From Takakia lepidozioides (lineage: Eukaryota > Plantae > Bryophyta): a DNA stretch of 64,000 bases. Made by a program: the position numbers and the translations under genes. The notes under the pieces were generated by a model that worked only from the letters and a program-made list of their open reading frames with translations, ran no database searches and had not been told where the DNA came from. Positions within the stretch are counted from its first letter, which is position 1. Each line of letters starts with the position of its first letter. The stretch is from contig CM060733.1 of the NCBI GenBank assembly GCA_030704615.1, positions 38,750,001-38,814,000 on the forward strand. The letters run 5' to 3'. This document shows, piece after piece, positions 37,034-50,900 of the stretch.

Positions 37034-38101
37034 TGTTAGAGGACTGTCTGGGACTTAGACACTTTTACGGGATCTGTGGGGTACCCTTAATTTTTGCACA
37101 GACTGAGACCAACAGGAGCCTTAGGGGTGACAGCAGCGCACTTTAGAGGGGGGTTACACAGCCCGTCACAGCCAACACACCTCGTCACAGTCCGACACAG
37201 CCCGTCACAGCCAACACAGCTCGTCACAGTCCGACACAGCTCGTCACAGTCCGACACAGCTCGTCATAGTCCGACACAGCCCGTCACAGCCAACACAGCC
37301 CGTCACAATCCGACACAGCCAGACCCAGCCAGACACAGCCGTCACAGCCAGTCACAGCTCGACACAGTCGACACAGTCCAACACAGTCGCACAACCAGTC
37401 ACAGCTTGACACAGCTGTTACGGCCATAGGGAACGGATAGCAGGACAGGGAACGACTGTGGGGAACAACATCTACGAATGGAACATGTTAGTACACGGAT
37501 GACGGTTAGTGAAGGAAACGGTTAGAACAACGGGTAGGAAGATAAAGCCAGGAGCGAGGACGAGAGAAGCATCACTTCTTGGGGGAATTCTGGGAGATGA
37601 GGCGAGGGATCACTGCTGGGGGGGGCTTCGGACATCACGGGAGGAAAGGAGGAGAGAGCGCATCTCTGAGCGGAAGGAGGGAGAGCACAAAGTAGGAGGA
37701 GGACGATCTGTTGATGCTTAATGAATGCAAGCAGTAGAGTTGTAATGTAGAGCAGATTAGAGACTCCATGGCTTCAGCCTGATACTCGATAGATATTAAT
37801 CTGATACATACTTCATACTCACACTGTGTAGAGAGATCTGAGTGAAGCTGTGGAATGAATGGATGAGTTGATGGGATCCGATAGATTGCTGAAGCAAATT
37901 GATACTTAATTACCAATAGAAAGGTAACAGCTAACATGAATGCGGGAAGGAAAACAAATAGGAAACACCCCCATGATACACTAGCTGTAGGTCATGACTG
38001 ATTGTTCTGAGCGGGCTGAGTGCTTAGAGATTTCCAACTCTTCTATCTTGGAGTTTTCGCCTCGGATAGCGAAGGGATGGGTGAGCAAAAGCCGCGTGAC
38101 A
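37034..38101 (+). repeat. 5' LTR of Ty3/Gypsy-type retrotransposon (TG...CA), contains CACAGC-rich simple repeats
   Basis: Homologous to 39441-40490; followed by PBS-like tttggcgaccgtactggga. Confidence 0.9.
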
Positions 38102-38120
38102 TTTGGCGACCGTACTGGGA
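38102..38120 (+). promoter_or_regulatory. Primer-binding site (TGGCGACC..., tRNA-Arg-like)
   Basis: TGG two bases after the LTR end; resembles Tat/Ogre-type PBS. Confidence 0.6.
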
Positions 38121-38129
38121 GACTGGGTC

Positions 38130-38689
38130 ATGAACAACCAGATGTGACAGGCATCTGGTGGGATCATGGTGGTTGGAGAATTAAAGTATTTGATGTGAAT
38201 CAAATTCCTTGTGAAACTGAGAAGGAAAGATTATCCAAACGATTCTTTCAGAGGTTCTTGGAATTGCCAGACGGTTGTAAAGAAAACATTCTTAAGAGAG
38301 TGCATGATGCTGACCCTGAATGGGGTCTGGAGAAAGGAGTGATAAAGATTTATCGGGTGGCCTGTAGAGGAAGAGCACGTTGGTTACCAACACTGGTTTA
38401 TGTGATAGCATTGCTATCCATTAAGCGAGTAGAGTTTGAAGGCTGGGAGGAAAGAAAGGTGAATGTTTATACTCATATGCATGAAGAGCTTGTACTGGTA
38501 AAGAATTGGATTCCAAAGGATATTTTGTGGATCAAACTCACACCAAGAACAACTTTCCAGACTTGTTTGCCATATGGTTATATGGTAACGGAGACTTCTA
38601 GTATAGCCAAGGGTGCATTGAAGCTAGAAAGAAACCCAGGCATATACGAGAGATATTACAGAAGAGAGTTTTGGTTATTGCCACATTAA
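38130..38689 (+). CDS. Extra ORF between PBS and gag of the LTR retrotransposon
   Basis: Open frame (part of ORF 37994-38689) ending 21 bp before the gag ATG. No recognised motif; start uncertain. Confidence 0.4.
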
Positions 38690-38710
38690 AAGAAATGAAA
38701 GACATGGGAC

Positions 38711-40649
38711 ATGAGTGATGAAAGAGAAGCTAGACGCCAGAGATATTCAGCAAAAAGAGAAAGCTATCTGAAAGCTAATTATCCATATCTTTGGGAGAGA
38801 GGAATAGACATAGGGGAATCATCTGGACCTCTCACACCATTAAGATCAGAGAGTACATCACCCATACCGGAAGAACTAGAGTTGGATGCCACTCCTTCTT
38901 TTTCTTTGCAAGAAAGATTAAGGGAATTGGTACGGGAAGAAGATCAATCACGAGGTGAAAGATCTGAGGTACATCCCTGGATAAAAGATTTGACAGAAAT
39001 CTTTGATAAGAGTTGGCATGGAACACCAAAAGCAGGAACTCCAGTTTCTAAAGTGGAAGGTGAAGAAGGAGGAGAGGATGTGGCAGAGCCAACGGAGAGT
39101 TCAGACTCTCCAACACCATTGCAGTTGAGTTACATGAGTGAAGAAGAAACCCAAGGGCAGAACTTGGAGGATGAAAACAGAGAGAAGAAATTGGAAGAGG
39201 AAGAGTATGAAGAAGTAGACCCAACAGCTGAGGTTGAGACTACAACCAGGACATCCCAACCCGTTGGACCTGGATCAAGTGGAGCACTTGGATCACAGGC
39301 CAACGAAGGTGTCGGCTCAGGGGGATCAGGCGGGCTGCCTGGATTTGGCTCTGGGGGGACAGGGAGTGTTGGAAGTAGTGCAACTGAAGCTGGGAATATT
39401 GTGAATATCGTGGGGCCAGTAGCAGGGAGTGTTCAAGGGCTGTTAGAGGACTGTAGGGGACTTAGACACTTATACGGGATCTGTAGGGTACCCTTAATTT
39501 TTGCACAGACTGAGACAAACAGGAACCTTAGGGGTGACAGCAGCGCACTGTAGAGGGGGGTTACATAGCCCACACAGCCGACACAGCAGTCACAGCCCAC
39601 ACAACCAACACAGCCCGTCACAGTCGTCACAGCCCACACAGCCCGTCACAGTTGTCACAGCCCACACAGCCCACACAGCCCGTCACAGTCGTCACAGCCC
39701 ACACAGCCCACACAGCCCGTCACAGTCGTCACAGCCCACACAGCCCACACAGCCCGTCACAGTCGTCACAGCAGACACAGCCCACACAGCCAGTCACAGC
39801 CCGGCACAGCCACACAGCCAGTCACAGCCCGACACAGCCAAACACAGCCAGTCACCGCTTGACACAGCTGTCACGATAATAGGGAACGAAGAGTAGGACA
39901 GGGAACGACTGTGGGGAACAACACCTGTGAAGGGAACATGTTAGTTCACATACGACGGTTAGAGAGGGAAACGGTTAGAACCGCGGATAGGAGGATAAAG
40001 GGAAAAACGGGGAATGAAGAAGGGGATCATTATTCGGGGAGGACTTCGGAGTCAGGCGGGAGCGGAGATCGGAGAGCACGATGAAGGAGAAAAGAGGATT
40101 AGTAGATGCTTGTTATATGCAAAGCTATAGTGATATAGGAAAGAAGATTAGAGACATAATGGCTTCGGCCTGATACCTGATAAATCATAATCTGATACTT
40201 ATACGATACAATCACACTGTGTAGAGAGATCTGAGTGAAGCTGTGGATTGAATGGAGGAGTTAAGGAAACCGATAAATTGATGAAGCCAACTGATACTTA
40301 ATTATCAATGGTAAGGAAGCTAAGATGAATGCGGAAAAGGAAACAAATAGGAAACACCCCCATGATACACTAGCTGTAGGTCATGACTGATTGTTCTGCG
40401 CGGGCTGAGTACTTAGAGATTTCCAACTCTTCTATCTTGGAGTTTCCGCCTCGGATAGTGAAGGGATGGGTGAGTAAAAGCCGCGCGACAAGGGCCACCA
40501 CTTGGTGGAAGATCCACCACAACAACAACAGGTCCTGAAGGCCCAGCACCTGTCAGTGGGCAGAAGGTAGGGCCACAGATGGCGTTACAACCAACACGGG
40601 CAAAACCACCTTTTCCAATATATTCAGGAAAAGGGGATCCCGATGTACA
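38711..40649 (+). pseudogene. gag: gag N-terminus, interrupted by solo LTR and truncated by an inverted LTR fragment
   Basis: MSDEREARR...GSVQG continues across the solo LTR as PPLGG...KPPFPIYSGKGDPDVH (gag F.G..DP..H-like motif). Confidence 0.7.
39441..40490 (+). mobile_element. Solo LTR of the same family
   Basis: TG...CA, flanked by 5-bp TSD AGGGC (39436-39440 and 40491-40495). Confidence 0.92.
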
Positions 40650-43600
40650 TGTCGCGCGGCTTTTACTCACCCATCCCTTCGCTATCCGAGGTGGAAACTC
40701 CAAGATAGAAGAGTTGGAAATCTGAGGTGGCACTGAAGGTAAGACCCAATGATCCCCACTGGAATAACTCAGAAAGCGCGATTGCATCTTATGCTGCTCA
40801 ATGTGATAACGTACCAGAAAACAAGCAGCGTAGTATAACCCGCATCCCATGACAATACTCGCTACCTCCTTGGTTTTGGTATAAATGAATCCATGTACAA
40901 CTTGGAAGGCAATTAATTCCTTCAACATTGTACCTGCCTCATGCCAGTATTGTGCAAAGTGATGATCCTCAATTGGTCGATTGTTCGGAAGAACTTTAGT
41001 CCTAGTTGCCACTGGCAGCCAAATGCGCATGATTTGGTAGTAATGTGCCAATGACTGCAGAGGACTAAATTCTTTCCAAGCCAAATCCAACATGATGGGA
41101 ATTTGGTTGAAGGGCATAATCATAGCCCTACTGTACTCCCTTGCAGCTGGCGTTTTAGGTGGGTTAAAAGCAGCATTGCCCCATACCTCAGACTGTGGTG
41201 GTTGTGGTGTGGTTGTAGTAACAACAGGGTTAGCTACTGGCACAGTGACTTGTTGTGGTGTTCGTGGCACTGGCTCTTGTATCATTGGCATCTCCTGCAC
41301 CTCCTGTGAAGAAGACTAAAAAGCCAAAGTTCTGGCTTGTAAATAAGAAGCCATTAGCTGTTCCTCAGGTATATAGACTCTTTTGTCGATATTTGAAGTG
41401 AGGTCCTCCACTTGAGTCTGCAGTCCATCTACATCCTCCTGTAACTCCGCTATCCTACTATAGACATTGTCTATAGTAGTTGTGGCAATGTTCTGCACTT
41501 GCAGTCTGAGCTCATTCATCTCGCTTTGGGTGAGCTTTCGTGGTGCTTTGCCCTCCACTGGCCCTTGTGCTAACCAGACCTGCATAAGTTGGTTATCCAC
41601 CGAGTTGCTTGTGGTTCCTCTGAGAGTGTGCTCCTCTCTTAGTTTGTACACATCTATTTGCTGTTGTAAAACCTCCATGCGCTTTGCATGAGGTTCAACC
41701 AAATTCGCATAGGCAGCAAGTAGATTATTGGCTTCCTTCCAAGCCTTGTTAGTGACCGAGATTTCATTTCTATTGGCCATGATCGTTTGTTGCAACTCCA
41801 GGATGTGCCTCTCTTGATCAGCTTCAATCTACCAGTATTGCTTGAAAGTATCCTCATTGCGACAGATTGTATTCTTCATATCGACAATGAGTTTCATTTG
41901 CTCAACATTTTCTTCCTCTGCCTTCGTACATTTTTCCGCTTGACTGTTTATTTCTTTTGTAAATTGGTCAAGCATAGTTGTGAGTGTAGCACATTGTATG
42001 GCCATCCTGTCATGCATTGTCTACAACTCCGTATGTAGTGCATTCACTTCTTGCAACTTGCTTTCATGCTTCACCTGCATTTGGTATAGCTGTTGCTTAT
42101 GTGCTTCGTGCAATTGGTCTTGCGCGAGGCCTGCCTCAATCAATTGTTCCTTGGCCAATTGCAAAGCCGCTTCTATATTCTCCAAGTCTTGCTGCATCTT
42201 GAGAGTGACCTCTTCATCGACCTTGTTTGCACACTCATTGGCTAGTCGAGCCTCAAACTCCTTCCTGAGTTCCTCTCTCAAGGTTGTCAATTGGGTAGTT
42301 GGAACATGGGATTTGACATAAGTCCCCAACAAATTAAGTGTCCTGCCTATGGAACTCATAAGCATTGTCTATTGAGGGTCATCATGGTGAGCTTGCTGCT
42401 GTTCTCCCTAATCCTCAACAGTGTGATGCCTTACAAACCATTCAGGCCATTGCCCCACCAGATTTTCTTCCTGAACCACTTCATCCATCACCGGTGCTGT
42501 AGTGTCTTGACATTCTACCTGTGGTACCTCCGGCACAGGTGTGTGTATTATATGCACCTCAGGATTTCCCTTGGGCAACTGTTGCCCCTCTGGAATCTCT
42601 GTCTCCTTGACCAGACCAGAATATTCATAGAGAAGGTCCCCCTTCTCAATTTCTGCCACTATCTGTTCTGTAGTGGGAATATCTAACCCTTCTTTTTCCA
42701 AATCAATTATTTCTGGTTGAGCTGCATGGACAACTTGTAGTAACCTTGTGACAAGCCGATCCTCTGGCTGTGATGGCTGTGATACTGAAGTAACTTCCTC
42801 TTCCCTCTCTGAAGGTCTTGCTTCCAGTAATAGCAGTTCTCTGTGCTGCTGTGCCCCTTCCTGCACAAAAACTTGGGAAACATTATCATGCGGATTCCGT
42901 GAAGCCAGTGGATCCGCCACTACAGTCTTTCCCCACCTCTATCTCTTATTCTCGGGTTGCCCTGCCAGTCCACCCTCACTGTGTGAAGAGCCTTGCTCTT
43001 CCATTGCAGTGGTTTCTGGCTCAAACACTCCCATCTCCTTTCGTTCTCGCGCATCAAGTATGTCAGAATCAAGAATTATTTGAGCAATGATTGGGCCAGA
43101 CACTATGATAAGAGACTTTGCGGCAGTACCCTGTAATCTTTTCATCTCCTCTACCAGTGCGTTGTACATTATGTCCGCCCATTCTACCTCTTCTCCTCTC
43201 AGGGCTTTGAGTATTTCCTCTGTGAAGGATCTGCTCAAATACTGTTGGTTCTGTTTCATGGCAAACAGAACGTTCAATACCTGGCCTACCTCCTTAAGCC
43301 CTGGGTACACGGCCTTGGTACAAGCATAACCCTGAGTTTTAAAGAAACTCCCTTCTTGGAATAAGTCCCCTATCTACAGTCTTGCCCTGTGCTCCTCCAC
43401 ATGCACCTGGCCTGCTGGCAATCGAAACAATTGTTGTAGGTATAGGGGAGTAATTACTAATTCAACTCCCTTCACCGTTGTTGTTCATGTCCTTGGCTCA
43501 AAGTTCTGTAAGAATTGTAACATGTACTGTCTATGGTGTAATGTCCAATCTTTGCTTTGCAATCCTTGCAATCTCAGCTCCTTCAGTATCTGTATCGCCT

Positions 43601-44391
43601 GTGGGGTAGCAATCGTTTGTTTCTGCAGAATTGTGGTGCTCTTCACCCTGATTTCCTCCATTCCTCTCACTCTCTTCATTCTAGACCCACAGAAATGTTT
43701 TGACTGTAACAATTGAAGAAATGCCTGTAGTGCACAAAGCATAAACGTATGGTTGCCACAAAAAGCTATGGGGAATTTCTTGTAAGCCTGCGGGGCTTGC
43801 AAGCATCGCTCAAGAGAAAAGATCCGTTCTGTTGTTTCGTCCCTATGCCACTGCGTAAGTAATATTGCGAGCGTATAGTCTGTTAGTTCCTCCATAGCTT
43901 CAAAGCTATAGCATTGATGGTTTGTCTCGTCGAGACGCCCGTTACTCAGAACGACGCCGACTCTTGCGCTTAATTTCCTCCAATTTCTTGATCCCTTCTC
44001 TGGCTTTCTATTGGCTGTAACCGCTGTGACTGGATTTTAGATTTAATTTTCTTTAGTGGACTTTCCCTGCTGGACTGTCCACGAGGATAACACATGTGAC
44101 AAGAATTTCGCTTTTCTGTACTTGCCGTTTGTTCTGTTACCCCTTTTCTGTATTCATTAATGGGCCCGCCATTCATCCAAATTGATGCGCTGATTAGGTA
44201 TTTTGACGGCCATTCTTGTCATTTTTCTTGATGACATCCGTTCTTGCACTTCCTTCTCAGCTGTGTGTTGCGCCCTGACTTCCAAGTGTCCCTTTCTAAA
44301 CTGGCTTCCGTCCTTCTTCCGCCGGCCATTTCACTGAAGTTTCCTGCGTCCACCTGTCACTGATTCTAGGGATTGTGTAACCCTAGTAGGT
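40650..44391 (-). mobile_element. Inverted, internally deleted LTR-retrotransposon 3' part with accessory ORF remnants
   Basis: 40650-40722 is the reverse complement of the LTR 3' end. Minus-strand ORF pieces (40723-43600) include coiled-coil segments and a ..G.EVEWA.I motif resembling Athila/Tat-type extra ORFs. Confidence 0.6.
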
Positions 44392-44891
44392 NNNNNNNNN
44401 NNNNNNNNNNNNNNNNNNNNNNNNNNNNNNNNNNNNNNNNNNNNNNNNNNNNNNNNNNNNNNNNNNNNNNNNNNNNNNNNNNNNNNNNNNNNNNNNNNNN
44501 NNNNNNNNNNNNNNNNNNNNNNNNNNNNNNNNNNNNNNNNNNNNNNNNNNNNNNNNNNNNNNNNNNNNNNNNNNNNNNNNNNNNNNNNNNNNNNNNNNNN
44601 NNNNNNNNNNNNNNNNNNNNNNNNNNNNNNNNNNNNNNNNNNNNNNNNNNNNNNNNNNNNNNNNNNNNNNNNNNNNNNNNNNNNNNNNNNNNNNNNNNNN
44701 NNNNNNNNNNNNNNNNNNNNNNNNNNNNNNNNNNNNNNNNNNNNNNNNNNNNNNNNNNNNNNNNNNNNNNNNNNNNNNNNNNNNNNNNNNNNNNNNNNNN
44801 NNNNNNNNNNNNNNNNNNNNNNNNNNNNNNNNNNNNNNNNNNNNNNNNNNNNNNNNNNNNNNNNNNNNNNNNNNNNNNNNNNNNNNNNNNN
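44392..44891. other. Assembly gap (500 N)
   Basis: Run of N of round length. Confidence 1.
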
Positions 44892-45280
44892 AATTACCCT
44901 TAAAACTTGTGGTGGCGTTCTACTTCTACAGACTCTCTCTCTGCATTCCTGTGTCTCTATCATCTGAGATAGTAGCAGTGTGTGAATGAACATTGATGAA
45001 AGAGGGAAAGTTACAGAGTCAATGCCACAGCCAATGAAACCAAACAAAATCCCCAGAAACAATTTTTAGTTGCTTTTCGTATCACAGGTCTTTCAGGCTG
45101 GGTTTTATGCCCCACAAATGTATTTCAGAAGGGGGTTAGTATCCCAGAAGATGGATCCCTCCAGGGTACTTTGATTGCCAACATTCAGTTGAAACAGTTC
45201 ATGATATTCCTGGATATATTACAGCACAGGGGAACCGATGGTTGTATAATGGCTGCTGCCTCTTGGTGTGGGATCTGCAG

Positions 45281-46557
45281 GTGCAGGATTTTGTCTTCAT
45301 CTGCGATGGTGCATATACAAGGGGTCAAATATCATCCATGGTAAGGAATCCTAACCTATGTGCAGGTCTGTGGGTTTCCTCTTTGTAGATGGCATATATA
45401 TTCATGTTGTAGCCCAGTTACATTTTAATGAACTGGAGGTTTTGATTTGACCACTTGGAACACTTGGATTACAGTCAACCAATGCTAGGGCTTAGAAAGC
45501 TAGCATCTTGGATTCTTTCGCATTTAATAGTATGCTGTAGCCTTGGATTAGTCTTTTGCGTGGTCACTGAGATATTGTGCACATGGTTTCCCCTCGCAGG
45601 AAAAAGCAATTCTGAACAAAGTTCAGTTCAATTTAACAGTGCCGACCCCGTATGTTTTCATGGTGCGCTTCCTTAAGGCTGCAGCTGCGGACCAACAGGT
45701 ACAGATCTCAAGATAGGTCTTGAATTTTATCGCTTGGGATCACAATATACAAGTGTGCGCATGGGAGGATACCATTGAATGTCTCTTGTGGTCCTGTTCA
45801 ATTACACCTCAATCCTGGTGCCCATGCTCTAGGATTTTTAGACTCAAAGGAGAAGTGGCTTTCCAAGTTCTACCTGGGAGCTGTGATCTCTCATATGAGC
45901 TAATTTAACTGGAAATCCTCTACTTACTGCAAACTGCTTCAGGCAACATTGTGCCAAAGTTGTCTATGTTTGAGATGGTCGGGTTTTATGCTGCAGATGG
46001 AGATGGTGGCATGGTATATGATTGAACTGTGCCTTCAAGAATATGCCATGCTACAGTTCCCACCTTCCCTGCTTTCTTCTGCCTCCATATACTCGGCATT
46101 CTATGCTCTGCAGCGTTCCCCTCAGTGGACTACGTCCCTACAACACCATTCTGGCTACAGTGAGTCGGAACTGAAGTAAGGCTCCTAGATCAGACACTTT
46201 TCTTCCTTTTTCTTTCTCAGTCTAAAACTGTGATCATTATTTTATTAACAGGTTGATGCTGAGGGTGCCACAATTTTGATACCTTCACTTTCACATTACC
46301 ATCATCGGAGAGCCATGGCCCCTATGGATTCAAGTCCCACCTAAGACTAATAAGTAGTTTCTCTTGTGCTGTGGGATGACAGAGAGTGTGCGTGTATGAT
46401 TTTGGGCTTCCATGCCAAAGCATCAGAAAATAGCCTGAAGGTGGTGCACAAGAAGTACTCCAGCTCGAAGTTCCTTTCAGTTGCGAAGCTCAGCCCTGCC
46501 ACATTTCCACCACCTTTTGCTCTTGAAGACTTTTTCAGCCAGACGGCCGAAGTGTGA
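45281..46557 (+). CDS. CYCB: B-type mitotic cyclin, last four exons (45281-45340, 45600-45698, 45997-46175, 46383-46557); 5' part missing at gap
   Basis: DFVFICDGAYT..I..M|EKAILNKVQFNLTVPTPYVFMVRFLKAA|..IELCLQEYAML.FPPSLL..HSGYSESEL|..VHKKYSSSKF; GT-AG junctions in phase. Confidence 0.9.
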
Positions 46558-47943
46558 CTTCCCCTAGCAGGCTGACTAGAGTACTGCCCGGGCTCTAATT
46601 TTTGTTCAGCCTTCCTCTTTGTCTCTCACAAAGGACCAGCTCTGAGTTCCTCTCGGTTGTGAAGCTCAGCTGTACCACCTATTTTTCGCTCTCAAAACAA
46701 TGAGTCAGCTATTGCTGATCTCTCTTGCGCTTCGCCCTTTTGTTCCCGCTCGAACTGGGCGCGGGGTCAATGGCCACAAGGCTACGGCAAACAACGTCTT
46801 ATGAGTACAATCTCTTGCGCTTCGCCCTTCACACAACCCAGAGTGACCGGCAGATGCCTTGGTAGACGCAGGGGTAAGAAACTAAAATCAGTAACACTGC
46901 AACTGGGGCAGTCGAGTTTGCATGCGGACAAGTGTGTGAGCATCTTAATGGCAGTGTGGTAAACTAAGTTTATGCCTGCGGCGGGGAGACGATAAACCCT
47001 GTCCCACAAAAAGACTATGGGAGGGTTAGTTTCCTGCAGGGGGATGATGGCCATAAGGATGGCAAGCCAACGTCTAAGGCACGGCATAAGTACTCTTCTT
47101 CCATTGTCCTCTCTACTATTGAGATCTGTGGACATTCTATCATCTCTCTGAGGTACCCAATCTCTCCTAAAGGTCTTTCATTACAAGGATCAGAAATGCT
47201 GAGCAGCATATCTGCATGAGGCGTTGACTGTTAGACAAGCCCAAGCTTTCCAAGACAGACGTTATAAATTATCACTTCATGTCATTCATTTCTCTCACAG
47301 AGTTTACTCTGTCTTGGATATGGTGTTTTTCCACCAACCAAATGCGCAAGTGCTACTTCCTTCGTATATCCTGCTATCATAAACAGAAGTTCATTCAGGC
47401 ATTTTGCTCGAACACTATGCTTGCATCCACAAGACTCCTGCGCTTGGCATATACGTTGACGAGGGGGGATGAGGGTGTCATGTTGAAAAGTGTTTGGGTC
47501 AAATCCATTTTGTCAATGTGGCTGTGCCCTTGTTGTAATTTGCTAGACAATTTCACCTTTATGCATCCTTCCAAAGGGTCAAAAACAGTGCTATCTGCAG
47601 AAATGCCTCCTTGATTCAGAATGTGCCTCCTGCCTTACATAGTGTCCTCACATCCCCAAAAGTGCTAGAAGAATCATTGTGAATATCGAGTATGGCTTCA
47701 ACGTAGTATTGCCTACTATTTCTAGCAAAATCTGTCTGGGAGCTTACAAAAGGTTGACCATGTCTTTAGTGCTGCTATTCCAAACATAACTTGATTCACC
47801 TGGGCTGCTAATAAAAAGCGCACTACAAACAACACAATCATTACTGTTTATTTGTAAACTTGAGCACAAATGATGAGCTTTGTACCCTCAACTTCCAGAC
47901 AATGCAGTTTCCCTCTAGCATGTCTTCATCGATGTTACTCGTC

Positions 47944-50900
47944 TCACCAGTAACCCCCACAAGAACATACCCCATCTCGGAAGTGGTGAAAGCGGTTGGC
48001 ATCCCGCACAACAATTGCTCGCCTGACAATCTTTGAGATAAACTTGGCGGCTGTGTGGCAGTCACCACATACACGAAGGTTCTTGATTATGAACAGAGGT
48101 GTCCCAGGGGACGTGCTGATCAGCCCATAAGCAATGGCCAGCTTCTCACTGTGGTGGCAAAGAGAAGATTCCTTTTGCTGCTCTTCCACATCATGCAATA
48201 CAAAACGCGTGTCAGGCACATAACCTGCCTCCTTCATCTGCTCAGATAGTTTCTTCAGTTCACTATAAATTTCCTCAATTTGTGGATGCAACTTCTCGTC
48301 TGCAACGAATGCATGCACCTTGTTGTGAACCTCAATGCAGCTGCGACCTGGCTCTTTCCTGACACCTCCCTCCTTCATCATTTTTCTCACCTTTGCCGTA
48401 TCCTCCCACCTACCAGCTGCAGCATAGATGTTTGACAGTAGCACATAAGTTGCAGCGTCCTGTCGATCCCATTTGAAAATGTATTTTGCGGCACGTTCTG
48501 CCACCTCTACATTGCCATGGATTCTGCAGGCACCAAGCAAGGCCTTCCACACTAGAACGTCTGGTTCGGTTGGCATTTTGTTGATGAAGTCCTCTGCCTC
48601 ATCCAAGTGCCCTGATCGGCCAAGCAGGTCCACCATGCAGCCAAAATGCTCCCCTGTAGGACTGAGGTCATGATCTCGACTCAAGGAATCCCAATAGTGT
48701 CTGCCTTCATCCACGAGCCCCGCATGGCTACATGCAGAGAGAATACATATAAATGTGATACCATCCGGCTTCAACCCTTCCTGTTGCATTCGTGCAAACA
48801 AATCCAGGGCTTGCCTGCCAGACCCATGCTGGGCATATCCTCCAATAATCGCGTTCCATGAGACCACACTTCGTTGAGCCATGTTGTCAAACACTTGCTG
48901 CGCATCCTTTATGTTCCCACATTTGGCATACATGTCGACCAGGGTATTCTCCAGAATGATATCTGCCACAACTCCAGCTTTTATGAGGTCAGCATGGACC
49001 TCTTTACCCTTCTCCAGAGCTGCCAGGCTGGTACATGCATTGAGAACACCAAGGAATGTAACCTGGTCAGGTGTCACCCCTTCTTGTATCATCTGCTCAT
49101 AGATCTCCAAAGCCTCCGTACCACACCCATGCTGAGCATAGCCTGTGATCATTGCATTCCATGAAACCACATCTTGTTGGGCCATACTGTCAAACACTTG
49201 ACGCGCATCATCTATGCTCCCACATTTGGCATACATGTCAACCAGGGCAGTATGCAGAATGGTATTTGGCACAATGTCGGCTTGCAGAATGTCAGCATGG
49301 ACCTCTTTGCCATTGTTGAGGTCTGCCAGGCTGGCACAAGCATTGACAACGCAAACAAATGTGACCTGGTCGGGTGTCAACCCCTCCTCCGTCATTTGCT
49401 CATAGGCCTCTAAAGCCTCCCTACCACACCCATGCTTGGCGTATCCTGCAATCATCACATTCCACGAGACCACATCTAATTGCGCCATGTTATCAAACAC
49501 TTGCCGGGCATCACTAACGCTCCCACATTTTGCATACATGTCGACTAGGGTATTCTCCAGATTGATATCTGGCACAATTCCAGCTTGAATGATGTCGACA
49601 TGCACCTCTTTGCCCTTCTCCAGGGCTGCCGTAGTGGCACAAGCATTGAGAACAGAGAGGAATGTGACCCGGTCGGGTGTCACACCATCCTGTACCATTA
49701 CTTCGTAGGTCTCCAAAGCCTCCCTACCACACCCATGTTGAGAATATCCTGCGATCATTGCGTTCCATGAGACCACATTTCGTTGAGCCATATTGTCAAA
49801 CACTTGACGTGCATCCTTTATGCTCCCACATTTAGCATACATGTCAACCAAGGCAGTGTCCAGGATGATATTTGGCACAATTCCGGAGTTTACAAGGTGA
49901 GCATGGACCTCTTTACCCTTTTTCAGGGCTGCCAGGCTGGCACAAGCATTGAGAACACAGACAAACGTGACCTGGTTGGGAATCAACTCTTCCTGTATCA
50001 TTTGCTCGTAAGTCTCCAAAGCCTCCCTACCACACCCATGCTGAGCATATCCTGCAGTCAGTGCATTCCATGAGACCACATCTCGTTGAGACATACTGTC
50101 AAATACTCGACGCGCATCCTTTAGGCTCCCGCATTTGGCATACATGTCAACCAAGGCAGTGCCCAGAATAGTATCTGGCACAATTCCAGTTTTCATGATG
50201 TTGGTATGGACCTCCTTGCCCTTCCCAAGGGCTGCCAGACTGGCACAAGCCTTGAGAACACAAACGAACGTAACCTGATTTGGTGTGACCCCTTCCCGCA
50301 TCATTTGCTCATATGTCTCCAAAGCCTCCCTACCATACCCATGCTTGGCATATCCTGTCATCATTATGTTCCATGTATACATATTTCGTTCACTCATTTT
50401 GTCAAACACTAGGCGTGCATCGTCAATACTCCCACACTTGGCATGCATGTTAACAAGGGTGTTGAGTAGAAAGATGTTTGGCTTGAATCCACTTTGTATA
50501 ATGTGGGCATGCACCTGTTTTCCCTCAGCTAGGCCTTTCATCTTGATGCACTCCTGCAAGAGATAGCCGTAAGTGTTGGAGTCTGCTGAAATGCCCCCTT
50601 CATTCAACATGTGCAATGCATCTTTTAGTTGCCCTGCATTACATAGTTTCCTCAGTTGCCCACAAGTGCCAGAAGAATTCTTGTGGACTACCTCTCTTGG
50701 TCCTCTTTCAAAAGCAGTCCTCACAGTGGTAGTGCCTGTTTCCAACCACCGCGCTGCCCCTGCTTCCAGTTGACCATCTACCCATGGAGGCTTCTTGTAG
50801 CTATCAATCCGAACAGCCTTGTTGGTACTCTTGTGCATGTAATCTGGTCTTCTAGGACAGACCTGCACTGACACTCCATTCCTGCCTCTTTCAGTTTCTC

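Noticed and set aside
37094-39896. His/Ser/Pro/Thr-rich ORFs 37094-37429 and 39501-39896
   Set aside because: Translations of CACAGC-rich repeats inside LTRs.
44331-45062. ORFs spanning the N run
   Set aside because: Artefacts of untranslatable N codons.
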